A stretch of 44,470 nucleotides of DNA. Source: Octopus bimaculoides (taxonomy: Eukaryota). Location: assembly GCF_001194135.2 (NCBI RefSeq), contig NC_068992.1, positions 33,125,382-33,169,851 on the forward strand, in the 5' to 3' direction. Each line of letters starts with the position of its first letter. The stretch's first letter is position 1. Below, one piece after another: positions 1 to 11,753 of this stretch. Below the pieces are notes generated by a model. It was given only the letters and a program-made list of their open reading frames with translations, did not search any database and was not told where the DNA came from. The position numbers were made by a program, and so were the translations under genes.

Positions 1-3
1 ATA

Positions 4-34
<31 letters not shown>

Positions 35-51
35 TAAAGTTAGATAAGGTT

Positions 52-119
52 GGTTTATGGGATTACAAAAGGTTTCATGCATATAAAGGACTTATGGGAT
101 ATCATCAGATCCCAAAGTC
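52..119 (-). ncRNA. Type I hammerhead ribozyme (stem II decayed)
   Basis: Minus strand reads GACTTTGGGAT-CTGATGA-(25 nt)-GAAA-C CTTTT G-TA-ATCCCATAAACC. Core is intact, cleavage triplet GUA, stem I GGGAT/ATCCC. Stem II pairs poorly. Confidence 0.7.
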
Positions 120-309
120 TATTGGCTAAAGACCTCTCTAGAGTATGGAGGAAGAAAGGACTCCATTACTCCATGTCAACAGAAGGAATTGTCTCTGCTT
201 GGCTATCAATTGCTGATGTCAACAAAGGGGATTGTATCCCTTTGGCTCTCAATCGCTGTTGGCCCTGTTCCAATGAACCCATGGGTTCCAATAGGCTAGC
301 AGGAATTAC

Positions 310-610
310 CTGAAATGTAAGCACAGTCTGAAGACCTCCATTCTGAAGTTCAAGATGTTCCTTGGGTCAAGGAATCTTTTAAGGTCCTCACCCATTCTGC
401 TATGCATAATTTGCAATGATTGGTCCCTTTAATGTAGGGGCCTGGAGTTTCTAGGATTCTCCATGATATGAAATCCCATTGTCTATCAGCTGCCATACAT
501 AGCTGGCTAATGATGCAACGAATCTCCTTTCTGGCATTCTGAAGGAGGATCTGTGGTTGGGGAGGCAATGTTTGAATGAGTTCCAGAAACAGCTAGTGTA
601 TTTCCATGGA
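310..610 (-). pseudogene. Degenerate GIY-YIG endonuclease C-terminal part of a Penelope-like element
   Basis: Frameshifted peptides KYTSCFWNSFKHCLPNHRSSFRMPERRFVASLASYVWQLIDNGISYH and SWRILETPGPYIKGTNHCKLCIAE resemble the PLE endonuclease tail. They are paralleled by SLAKHVWHLKEK...INWTILEKATPY...CNLRLTEK at 37215-37415. Confidence 0.75.
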
Positions 611-820
611 CAGGTGTTGGCAGTGGTGTGTCTGTTGGTGTTGGTGTCACTACCACCACTGTTGCTGGAACTGGCACTGTTGGTGCTGTCGCTGCTGGTG
701 CTGGCATCATTGAAGGTGGTGATGGTGTTGGTGCAGGTGTTGGTAAAGATGCCACTGTTGTTGTTGACATTGAATAATGGACTCCTGTTCTCCTCCATTA
801 CTAGAGAGGCCTTTAGCCAA

Positions 821-896
821 CAGGTTTGGGATCTGATGATACACCATAAAGCTAAACCCTTTATGGATGTGAAACCTAAGATAATCCCATAAACTG
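821..896 (+). ncRNA. Type I hammerhead ribozyme (stem III mismatch)
   Basis: CAGGTTTGGGAT-CTGATGA(833-839)-T-ACACCATAAAG ctaaacc CTTTATGGATGT-GAAA(871-874)-CCTAAG-ATA-ATCCCATAAACTG. Stems I and II are long; C875 faces A881 in stem III. Confidence 0.75.
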
Positions 897-1019
897 GCCT
901 TATCTAACTTTAATATATACTGCTCTATAATTTAGATTGTGCTTCTTCTTTTCAGATTCATGTTTACGGACGATCCCATATATATATATATATATATANN
1001 NNNNNNNNNNNNNNNATAT

Positions 1020-1459
1020 ATGAGTAACATAAAATAAAAAAATCCACTTTAAATGACACTACCAATGAGTGAAAATACATAACACATGAGAGAAAAGTAC
1101 AGGACAAAAAAAAAACAAGGAAGATAAAGAATAAAAAGTTTAGAATGGTATAACAATGCACTATAAAACAAAAAATGGACTATATACCTGTTGTAACTTG
1201 GTTATCTATAGTCCGATGATATTTCGGAATTACAATCCCTTCTTCAGATCTTATTTGCTGGAGTCTCTGCTAAGATAACTCCTCGTCAGTTGTCGGACTG
1301 TTTATTACTCCCTATTTCATGCATGCATGTATGAAAGGAATGAACAGAGGTAAGTTAGGTAGTAAGGACTAGAATTATATGAGAAACCTCTCTAGTTCCA
1401 GTGTATGATAACATTTGCAGATTCCATGCAGCAAATCTGAAGGTGATAATAAGGGTATC
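1020..1459. mobile_element. Penelope-like pLTR/leader fragment (HHR on minus strand, leader-like sequence on plus strand)
   Basis: Minimal HHR at 1215-1250. The 17-mer GTGATAATAAGGGTATC (1443-1459) is identical to the start of the PLE at 35735-35751. Confidence 0.55.
1215..1250 (-). ncRNA. Minimal type I hammerhead ribozyme
   Basis: Minus strand reads GAT-CTGAAGA-A-GGGAT TGTA ATTCC-GAAA-TA-TC-ATC. It has a 3-bp stem I, a 5-bp stem II and a loopless palindromic stem III (AUAU), as in PLE minimal HHRs. Confidence 0.7.
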
Positions 1460-2153
1460 TATCTAAAAAAAAACATTAAAAAAATCCAAACAGAAAATGG
1501 AGGTGGTGTGAACTTCAGAAGCCCTATCACAAAACACTATCAAAAGCAATAACTCTAAAAATACCAACACATGTTCAACAAGTTACTTTAGTTTCTAAAA
1601 ACAGTAACAATAATTTTAAAAAAATGGTAATGAAAGGCTCATGTATTAATTTTTACAACCAGACTTAAGAATCAGATAGCTGAGTGCAATCTGTCAGAGA
1701 GACACACCATGCTGACTCCACTCTGTCAAGTTCCTTAGATCTCATTTATAATCAGGTTCTTTACACTAAGGGGTTGAACGTACAATTTTCTGTAACTCAG
1801 ACTGTCTCATGGTTCCACGCAGACTGCTTTTGCTGTAGACAATCTCTCAATTTAGTGGATTTAACTTTCCAATAAAAGAATTGATTTCTGTTCACCACTA
1901 CTAAGTGAACTGAGGCAATGAAGAATTCTGTGTTCTGCTCAGAAATAGAACATGAGTACTTAAATTGAATTCTTGATACATTAGCTGATTCATCTTTGAT
2001 TAATCTTTTGGGATATTTGTATCAAAAACTGAAATCTATAACTTTCTTCAGATGCTCTCACACAAGACAATGTTTTTTTAAACACAATCTCTGCATTCTC
2101 ACATTAGCAGCAATCACTTTGGAAAGCAATCATAAAAATGATATTCATTAAGA

Positions 2154-2429
2154 TTTTAATTCTTTCAAATGCAATTGGTATCTGAAAAACATTGCATTTT
2201 TTTTTCACAACCTGAATAATATTTGTATAATTGGTTTCCTCTATATGCATTTGTCATACAACTGGTAGCACAATAAAATGTCTGGCAAGAAATTTGACCT
2301 GAGGCCATGAGTTAATACAGAAACAGTTACAACATGAAAGATATATTAGCCATTGAAAGACACAGAAACTTAACTTCACTTAAACAGTGAGGCAAGACTG
2401 TGGGTCAGTATGGGCCAGTATATACAAGC

Positions 2430-2472
<43 letters not shown>

Positions 2473-3316
2473 TTTTATATTAATTAACATTTTAATTCTT
2501 TCAAATGCCCTTTGTATCTGAAAACATTACTGATTTTTTGTTTACAACCTGAATAATATTCGTGTAACTGGTTTCCTCTACATGCATTTGTTATAGAACT
2601 GGTAGCACAATAAAGTGTAGACAGACCACACTGTAAAATAGCAAATGATAGAAAGTGCATCCAGCCAGAAAAAGCAAGTATACATGCATATACAACAAAA
2701 ATGGCTGATGCTATGAGTACCAGTTGATGAAGGTTGTGACAAGTGGTAAGATGATATGAAATCTGTTCAACTAATACTACCATAGAAAATATATAAAATG
2801 GTAACTAGTGACATATTACTTCTAATTGTCAATGAATTACATACACACAATTACACACATATACACTCCAAGCACACATGCAAACATCCACACACAGAAG
2901 CTGTCTAATTGAAATATATTTTAGGAAAAATAGAAGAAACTTTGATATATCATTGCTAAACAGGTATTAACATTTTCTCTTTTTGTTGAACATGTAATTA
3001 ATTGATTTACAGCACAGGAACATAAAATATTTACTCAACATAAAGCATTTAATTACCTTCAAGTTGGTAATGTATTGTTGATAAGAGTTGAAAATTATGT
3101 CAAATTGGCTGTTTATAAATGATTAATTAATTTTAGAATTATCTATGTCTGGCAAGTGATTTGATCTGAGACCATGAGTTAATACTGAAACAGTTACAGC
3201 ATGGAAGATATATTAGCCATTAAAAAAGATACAAAAACTGTTCACTTTACTTAAACATTTTTTGATTTGGTGAGACAAGGTTGTGTGCCAGTATATATAG
3301 GCCAAGTGTGTGTGTA
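2154..3316 (+). repeat. Old local duplication of a ~290-bp unit; second copy split by 530 bp
   Basis: 2154-2277 matches 2490-2614, and 2278-2440 matches 3145-3316. Both copies end in (TG)n. Confidence 0.8.
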
Positions 3317-3320
3317 TATA

Positions 3321-4497
3321 TTGGATCATCCTATAAACAATGAAGTTTTTTCAATTGCATGAACTAAAAGTTGGAGGGGGACAAGTTAAACTACATGCAT
3401 CAACTTGCCATAAAAGCAGGTAATAATTTTACCTTGCCCTTATTATTAGTGCAAGTTTTGAAGAGTGCAGTTTGATTTTAACAGTTATTTTTTTCAAAGC
3501 TATAGTGGAAATGACAAAGGAGCATATTTGGCATATTTTGCTTTATGAGTTCAATAAAGGCAACAACGCAATGGAAAGTATGAGGAATATTAATGCAGTA
3601 TATGGGAATTGGTCAATAAATGCAAGCCAGTGTCAACGGTGGTTTCAGAAATTCTGAGCTGGAAACTACAGCCTAGAAGATGAGGCTCATCCTGGAAGAT
3701 CTGTAGAGCTCAACAAAGACGTCCTAGTGGAACAAAATCCCATTGGAACCAGCAGAGAAGCTTGGATTTGGTCATTCAACCATTTATCAACAACTGTATG
3801 CCATCAAAAAAGTCAGCAAGTTGGGTCAATGTGTTCTTCACAAACTTTCCAAATCTAATCTCACACAGAGAGTGAATATGTGTTCTTCTTTGTTGTCACA
3901 TCTCATGAATGAACCATTTTTGGACCGAATAGTAACTGGTGACAAGAAATGGGTTCTCTATAAAAATGTCAAGCACCGCAGACAGTGGGTATGGAAAGGA
4001 GAAACACAGCATCTCAGTCTACAGGGGGTCTTCACCCATGTAAGGTGTGGTTATTTGTTTGGTGGGATATAAAATGTTTAGTCCACTTTGAACTTTTAAA
4101 GCCAAACCAAGCGATAACAAAGGAGATCTACTGTGAGTAGTTAGAAGAAAAACAACTATCTTTGGTTTCAAGACAAAAGGTGTTCTATCAGGATAATGCT
4201 TGACCACATACAGTGAGGATAACATTCCAAAGGGTAGAGCAAATTGAAGGGGAAACGATGCCCCACTCATCATATTCACCAGACATTGCCCCATCTGATT
4301 ATCATTTATTCTGCAGTCTTCAAAATCATTTGGATGAAAAAATATGAATTCTGTAGATGAGATCAGAACAGTACTGGAGGAGTACTTTTCATCACGGAAT
4401 TTTGGAAGAGGGGCCTTGAAGGTCTACTGGATAAATGGAAGAGCATTGTAGAAAATGAAAAAGAGAGTATATTTTAAATTTAAAAAGTACTTTGTTT
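3321..4497 (+). mobile_element. Degenerate mariner transposon (Mos1/Hsmar1-like DD34D), right TIR missing
   Basis: Motifs KEHIWHILLYEFNKG, FLDRIVTGDKKWVLYKN, QDNA and YSPDIAPSDYHLF. The 5' end follows a TA. Multiple stops and frameshifts. Confidence 0.9.
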
Positions 4498-6199
4498 AAG
4501 ATATATAAGCACCGGTACAGCTAGACAATAACCAAAATAACAATATAGAAAACAAAAATTATATTTAAGCCTATATATAGAGGCCCACTGACTTGCTTTT
4601 AAAACAGTTGCAGTGGAACTGCATCAGTGACCAGGTAGCAGTTAGTGTGACAAAACTTTTGTCTCCAAATAATAAGTGTTTAACTGAAGTTAGCATTTGT
4701 GTGCTTTTAAATGGCTAATATGTTTTCCATGCTATAATTGCTTATAATCAATTATTTTACAAGTGCTAATATAATTACTAAATAGTTAATTCTTATATTG
4801 AATCTTTATTATAGCATAAGACCTGTTATTGAACAAGAGTGTCATAATCATCAACCAAATCATTTAAAGTATGTTTTTCATGCTGATGTGGGTTGAACAG
4901 TTTGAGGGAATTCAATTAACTGAATGGTTGCATCATACTCCAATTACTGAATTGGCATGGTTTCTATAGGGACTAACCTTTGTTTCTTGAATCAAGTGTG
5001 TAAAATAGATTTATGTATTTGTATATGTTTTTCCAACCATGGAGAAATAGAAAATTTCTTTCTCTGAGAAATTTGAAATTAAAACTAAGAAATATGAATG
5101 AAATACAGTAATGTATTTATTTTGATGTTCTATTTTTGTCTTATTTTTAACATTGATTACTAACTTAGGCACAAGTCCAAGTTGTGTGAACAAGAAAGTG
5201 AAATGTTTGATTAGCTATAATTTGTAGCTGGGTCCCTGTGAAATATTCTCATTTATTACGGGGATATAAGCAAAGTCTGAAGAGTAAAAGTTATTGTTCT
5301 CCAGGCCATTGTCTTTTTATAAAGTGAAGTGATTTTTTTTCTGTTGTGGTCCAACTTTGTGTCAAAGATTTCACTTCTCCAGATCTTAAGCTTACTTTAC
5401 AGGTCTTTCACAGATTTTATATTAATACAACTTTTAATTAAAGTGTGATAGGGTTGAATTACAGAACTGGTAGAGTAAATGTCACCATATGTGATCTTTG
5501 TTGAATTCTCTGTGAGACTGATTATAACTATCTTTCCCCCCAGGGTCAATTTAGTCTGCTTTAACCAGTCTGGTTCTGATAGAGAAAATCAATATCACTG
5601 ATAATTGATTTTACTTTTGTCATATAGTTTAATTAATTTTAATTCTGTTTCTTTGTGCAGATACATTTTTGTTATGTAAATTATATTCACCTCTAATGTA
5701 GGGGTTTAGTTATTGTAAAGTAAAATGCATACATCAAAGAGCTTAACATTAATCTTACTATCAGTTTGAATCTCTATAGAATATTCATTTAGTAAACAAG
5801 AATTTTTCTCATAGAGTACTACAGGGCTCTATTTTTCAACCAGTTGTCTTTCTAATATTCATTAGTTACTTATATGTTGCTCTAAATGATGTATTAGGCA
5901 TTGATTTGATAAACGATATGTAATATCAATGCATCATTTATAATTATATGTAATAGAACTAATAACAATTAATAATAGAACTAATTACAACTAAAATACT
6001 TTATAGAACAGAGTATATGTTACTTTATCACGAGCAGGAAACAATTCTTTGCTATTAGTTATTGAAATGTTGATCTTACTTTGTAAAAATATTAGATATA
6101 TTGGACTTGTAAATGATGAGAGCCTGGATTAGAATGCACATAATGACAGAGCGACAAGCAACTTAATTTCACAGATATATATTTGAAAGAGCTATTCTG

Positions 6200-7150
6200 G
6201 ATGCACAGGCGAGAAAGTAGCTGGATAACAGTAACCAGCAAAGTAGGACATGAAAATCACTTGCATAAACAACGTTGTAGTACAAGGAGGTGTCATCTCC
6301 AATGACTGAAGTACAAGTATCATCACTAACTGTTACTAAGCCAAAAGAGATGCTCTAGAAAGAAACAACTGTAGATGTACCCAGTTAATGGCCTAATTAT
6401 GAAAATAACCTATTTGTAAAAGAATTATGTTAAATGAGATGCAGACTGGGTTTGTATCAGAACAGGGAACTGCCAAGACTTTGTTCATTGTGAGACTATT
6501 TCAGGACAGTTCAAGAAATGAGTTCCTTCAAATACTTGGAAAGCATCCAAGACGTATTTGATAGATTCTGTTACCAAAGTGACTTAATTAGCAGTGGAGG
6601 TTAGTATTTTGAAAGCATAGAACTCAGAGTAAGAATTGATTGATATAATCTCAGAGAGCTATTACTGCAATGGACAGCAAAATGATTCTATCTCTAGGGG
6701 ACAGGCTGATAGTATGATGCCTTTGTATGAAGTGTAACATGGCATGGTAGTAAAATACGAGAAAGTGAATCTGGATGATGTGCAAAAGCTAGAAAAAACA
6801 TGAAGTGAGCATATTCCCCTGGAAGTGTTCTGAGTGACACACTTCAAAGAAGCTGAGAGAAAAATTGGGCACAGGTGAATCATTAGAACAGTGCAGGAGA
6901 GAAGGCTATGAAAATCTGATTATATATTGAATATAAAGGATGACAGCAGTATAAAGAAATACCAAGTGATACAAAGGGAAGGAAAACAAAGACCAAGAAA
7001 GACATGGGAAGAAGTGGTAAAAGGTTATCTCATGAGGTTGTACTGCATAAAGAGGTGACTAAGGATGAACAAAAGTAGCAAGACACTGTGCAAGAAAAGT
7101 TCCATCCAACCCAATCAAGCAAGGAAAATGATGATGATAATATTGATGAT
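6200..7150 (+). mobile_element. Heavily decayed RTE LINE fragment (same family as 14.1-15.9 kb)
   Basis: VVQGGVISND*STSIITNCY*AKRDALERNNCR matches VIHEGVIPNDWCSSTIVNCYKGKGDALDTNNYR. It ends in a CCAACCC...(GAT)n-like tail. Confidence 0.7.
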
Positions 7151-7752
7151 AACAACCATCAGGCATCATTGATTTACAATGCACAAAATTCCTTAACGAA
7201 CTGTTGACATGTCATGAGTTAAAGAAAAGTCATTATAAATGTGATTTATGCTTTGTTCCACTCACTCATGTCTTTACTCCATGCAAATGTGGAAACACAG
7301 TCAGCCATCAAATTGTATTTAACAGAATATTTTCTCTTTCAAAAAACACCTTAGGAATATTTCATCTTTTGTTATCTTTCATAAAACACAACCTTTCATA
7401 ATTTGAGAATTTAAATATTCCTTTATCTTTTATAATGTCAAAATATGTTGCTCTGCACATACTTACCAATCCGGAGGCTTCTTTAAGAAAAACAAAAATT
7501 CTTATAATTCAAGACACATTAACAAATGAATATTTATCTTTCCACATTCAGGTTTAATCTCTACAGGAAAATATTTTTAATTAACTTGTATTGAAGTAGG
7601 ATATTCCTTCAAATTTGTTTAATCAAGCATAAATTTTTCCAGTATTCCATAGCTGACAAGGTGAGTCAAGAAAAGAACTCATATGCAGTTGCTCAACCTA
7701 TTAGAAATAGCAACTATATTACCTCAAAATACAACCTACCATTTTAAAAATG

Positions 7753-7828
7753 TACATCTAGTTACAGAAATATACGTCTAGTTACAGAAATATACATCTA
7801 GTTACAGAAATATACATCTAGTTACAGA
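7753..7828. repeat. 20-bp tandem repeat, ~3.8 copies
   Basis: TACATCTAGTTACAGAAATA repeated with period 20. Confidence 0.95.
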
Positions 7829-8300
7829 TAAACAAAAAAAACAGTGGTTATGGCAACAAAGTCTTCGACCAAAATACATCTGCTTAGTCAGGACTAACTT
7901 TGGCTACACAACAGCAAACACAATAAAAACGAAATTATAGCTTGATGGCTAAAATTCTAATTTAAATGATATATTAACCAAAGGGAACATTAGGTTATTC
8001 AATTAGTTTCACATCATCAATGGATATCTTTATTATCTATAATATATTAATTACACTAAAGGTATAATAATTTGCGCTTTACGTAACTTTTGTGATTGAT
8101 TATTTGTAATTTTGACTTATTGTAGTCATAATTCATTTTAATGATGAATGATTAGTTTTAATTAACAACTGTTAAAGTCTCAGTTTCAAAATGAAATATA
8201 ACCTAATCTTTCTTCTGGTGTTTGATTATCAGTCATATTATAAATGAATGTGTGTGTGTATGTGAAAGGGTGCTTCATATAAACATACACACACACACAT

Positions 8301-8372
<72 letters not shown>

Positions 8373-8384
8373 TGTATGTAGTAA

Positions 8385-8620
8385 GTATATCTTTTATTTG
8401 TTTCAGTCATTTGTGACTCTGACCATGCTGGAGCACTTCCTTGAAGAGATTTAGTTGAACAAACTGACCTTGGCACTTATTTTTTAAAGCCCGGTACTTA
8501 CTCTATCAGTCTTTTTTGCCAAACCACTAAATTATGGGAAAGTAAACATATCAATACTGGTTGTTGAGCAATGGTAGGGTACAAACAGAGACACAAAAAG
8601 ACATGCAGATATTGATATAT
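8385..8620 (-). mobile_element. SINE family A, 3' half
   Basis: Reverse complement of the 3' half of the SINE at 28922-29645. Confidence 0.8.
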
Positions 8621-8630
8621 ACATATGCAT

Positions 8631-8659
<29 letters not shown>

Positions 8660-8663
<4 letters not shown>

Positions 8664-11600
8664 CATGATGATGGCCATCCACTCGTGACCGAGGAAGACC
8701 ATTGCCGACCTTCAGGAACATTGTGCGCTCTAGGAGTAACTTATATTTTGCATTTGCAGATCCACAACTGCAAACATTGCAGATTAAGCTTTCCCCATTC
8801 ACTATTTGAGCCGTGCACATTAAATTTTTCATGCTGGATACGTGCTCTCTCAAAAGTGTCGATCCCCTCCTTAACCTGCTTCCTCCATCCATGGCGATGA
8901 CAGGCATTGTTCTCCCAGTCAGTGTCCTTCATATCACAAGCCTTTAATGAGGACTTGACACAGTCCTTAAAGCGCNNNNNNNNNNTCACAAGCCTTTAAT
9001 GAGGACTTGACACAGTCCTTAAAGCGCAGCCTTGGTTTCTGCCGGAGTCTCCTTCCGTTCACAAGTTCTCCATATAGCATCTGCTTAGGAATCCTGCTAT
9101 CCTTCATTCTAATAAGGTGTCCAGTCCAATGTAACCGCTGCTTGTGCACCATCGCCTGAATACTCAAGATATCAGCTGTCCTCAGGATCTGTGTGTCAGG
9201 AATTTTTGAGGTCCAGCCAACATTGAGAATGTGCCTGAGACATCTCTGATGAAAACGTTCAAGAACCCTTACCTGACGTTTGTACAGAGTCCATGTTTCA
9301 CACGAGTAGAGGAGCGATGTTAGTACACAAGCACGGTACACAGCAACTTTTTTTTGCCCTGCTATGCCATGCTGGGACCAGACACGAGACTGAAGAGACC
9401 GGAAGGAATTAGTTGCTCTCTGCAACCTAAANNNNNNNNNNNNNNNNNNNNNNNNNNNNNNNNNNNNNNNNNNNNNNNNNNNNNNNNNNNNNNNNNNNNN
9501 NNNNNNNNNNNNNNNNNNNNNNNNNNNNNNNNNNNNNNNNNNNNNNNNNNNNNNNNNNNNNNNNNNNNNNNNNNNNNNNNNNNNNNNNNNNNNNNNNNNN
9601 NNNNNNNNNNNNNNNNNNNNNNNNNNNNNNNNNNNNNNNNNNNNNNNNNNNNNNNNNNNNNNNNNNNNNNNNNNNNNNNNNNNNNNNNNNNNNNNNNNNN
9701 NNNNNNNNNNNNNNNNNNNNNNNNNNNNNNNNNNNNNNNNNNNNNNNNNNNNNNNNNNNNNNNNNNNNNNNNNNNNNNNNNNNNNNNNNNNNNNNNNNNN
9801 NNNNNNNNNNNNNNNNNNNNNNNNNNNNNNNNNNNNNNNNNNNNNNNNNNNNNNNNNNNNNNNNNNNNNNNNNNNNNNNNNNNNNNNNNNNNNNNNNNNN
9901 NNNNNNNNNNNNNNNNNNNNNNNNNNNNNNNNNNNNNNNNNNNNNNNNNNNNNNNNNNNNNNNNNNNNNNNNNNNNNNNGTAAGAAGAATATTTGCCAGA
10001 ACCTTGCCAGCAGCTGATAATAGAGCAATACCTCTGTAGTTACCACACATTGTTCTGGCTCCTTTTCCTTTATATAGAGGAAGAATAATTGCATCCTTCC
10101 AGTCCTTAGGGATTGCACCATCCCTCCAAACTGCACTAATAAGTTCATGAAGGGACTGTGTGATGTAATTACCACCAAATCGCAAGACCTCAGCACAAAT
10201 TCCATCCTTTCCAGGTGCCCTACCAAGATTCAATTTACTTAATGATGTCATTACTTCATCTTCTGAGGGCGAAGAGTCTAAGGAGCCAATGATAGGTCTT
10301 TGTTACATAGTATCAATTACAGTTTCATCCACAACTGACTCAAGGTTTAGGAGTTCAGAGAAGTATTCGATCCAGCGACCTGTGATTTCTGTTGATTTAG
10401 TAAACAGGGTGTAAGATTCCTTGGAAAGCAAAGGAGCTGATGTGGAGCTCTTAGGTCCATAAGCTTGAATCATAAGATGGTAAAGCTTCTTGCTGTCATT
10501 TGCATCAGCAGCAGCCTGAACATCACGAGCAAGATCTTCCTACCAAGTGTTCTGCATCTTCCTGAGAGATTGCTGCAGTAGTGATTTTACACTGCTATAG
10601 TAAGCAAGTACTAGATTTTACTGCACAACAGAAAGTCCTCTGTGTAGCAATACATTGTGGGCATGGCGCTTTAGCACCAATAGTCACTGAACTTCAGCAT
10701 CATTCTCGTCAAACCAGTCTCTGTGTCTGGCAGTAACATATTCCAGGGTTTTGGCTGCACATTGTAGAACCTGGTCTCGAAAATCCTCCGATGCTGCAGC
10801 AGTTTCAATGCTGGACAAGCGAGTCTGAAGTTCTTTCCTAACCACAACATCATATACCTTGTGGACATTTACACGGCGAGGAATGCTGACTGGTCCTCTT
10901 CTCTCTTTTACTCTAATTACCATTCGGAACTTTGCTCGCACCAGACTGTCCATCATTCCGATCCATGGAAGGACTTGACATTACAAATGTCATAAATGTC
11001 GCACTTGCAGATGATGACATAATCCAGCAAGTGCCAAACTTTGGACCTTGGATGCATCCATGTTGTTGCGTGATCACCTTTGTGCATAAAATGAGTGCTT
11101 GCAATGTAAAGTCCATGTTCTTTGCAAAGCTCCAGTAGCATGAGACCATTGCTATTCATTTTCCCTACTTCAAAACGTCCTAGAGAGTTCCATGTTTACC
11201 AGTCTGTTCCAGTTCGGGCATTAAAATCCCCCAGTAGAATGACTTTATCAGAATTGGGGATTTTCCTAAGTATGGCTCTCAGCTGGGTATAAAACATTGT
11301 TTTATCTTCATCACAGCTAGTCAAAGTAGGTGCATAGGCACTTATTAGAGTAGCAAACTGCTTACCTTTCAAGTGCAACTGTAGCATCATTATACGTTCA
11401 TTTATAGGAACAGGGAGCTCTTCCAACTTCTTAAGGATATCAGATCGGACAGCAAAACCAACACCAACCTCTCTGCACTCCTCCTTCTGCCTTCCTTTCC
11501 AAAAAAAAGTGTATCCACCTCCTACTTCCTCAAGCTAACCATCACCTTCTATACGAGTCTCTGAGAGTGCAGCTATATCAATTTTATAATGGTTCAGCTC

Positions 11601-11753
11601 ACGAGCAACAAGTGCAGTGCGTATTTCAGGCCTACAATCACTCTTGTTGTCCAACAGAGTGCACACATTCCAACATGAAATGTTTAAGTTTCGTCTAGAT
11701 TTTATAAATAAAAGGCTCTTTGTCTTTCGAGCGCAGGATGAACATCCGTCAGT
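8660..11753 (-). mobile_element. Near full-length RTE (BovB-like) LINE: APE endonuclease + RT, disrupted
   Basis: EN motifs ISCWNV, IDIAALSETR, LISAYAPT, ILLGDFNAR, TWMHPRSKVWHLLDYVI. RT region KAPGKDGI...IPKDWKDAIILPLYKGKG...NYRGIALLS, LLYSCETWT, LERFHQRCLRHIL. (CAT)n 3' tail near 8665. Frameshifts, stops and N-gaps are present. Confidence 0.95.
9432..9979. other. Assembly gap (others: 999-1015, 8976-8985, 11754-12688, 22342-22441, 25276-25940, 29130-29407, 37887-38320)
   Basis: Runs of N. Confidence 1.

Larger units (their letters stand above)
28..919 (-). mobile_element. 5'-truncated Penelope-like element with inverted terminal arms (pLTR-like), each carrying a hammerhead ribozyme
   Basis: Arms 28-180 and 763-919 are diverged inverted repeats whose outer 22 bp (CCTTATCTAACTTTAATATATA) are identical. 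A GIY-YIG-type endonuclease C-terminal remnant lies between them on the minus strand. Confidence 0.8.

Noticed and set aside
7753-7828. CRISPR-like regular repeats
   Set aside because: Contiguous tandem units without spacers, in a eukaryotic context.
8935-9027. 41-bp direct repeat around a 10-N gap
   Set aside because: Typical unmerged contig-overlap artefact.
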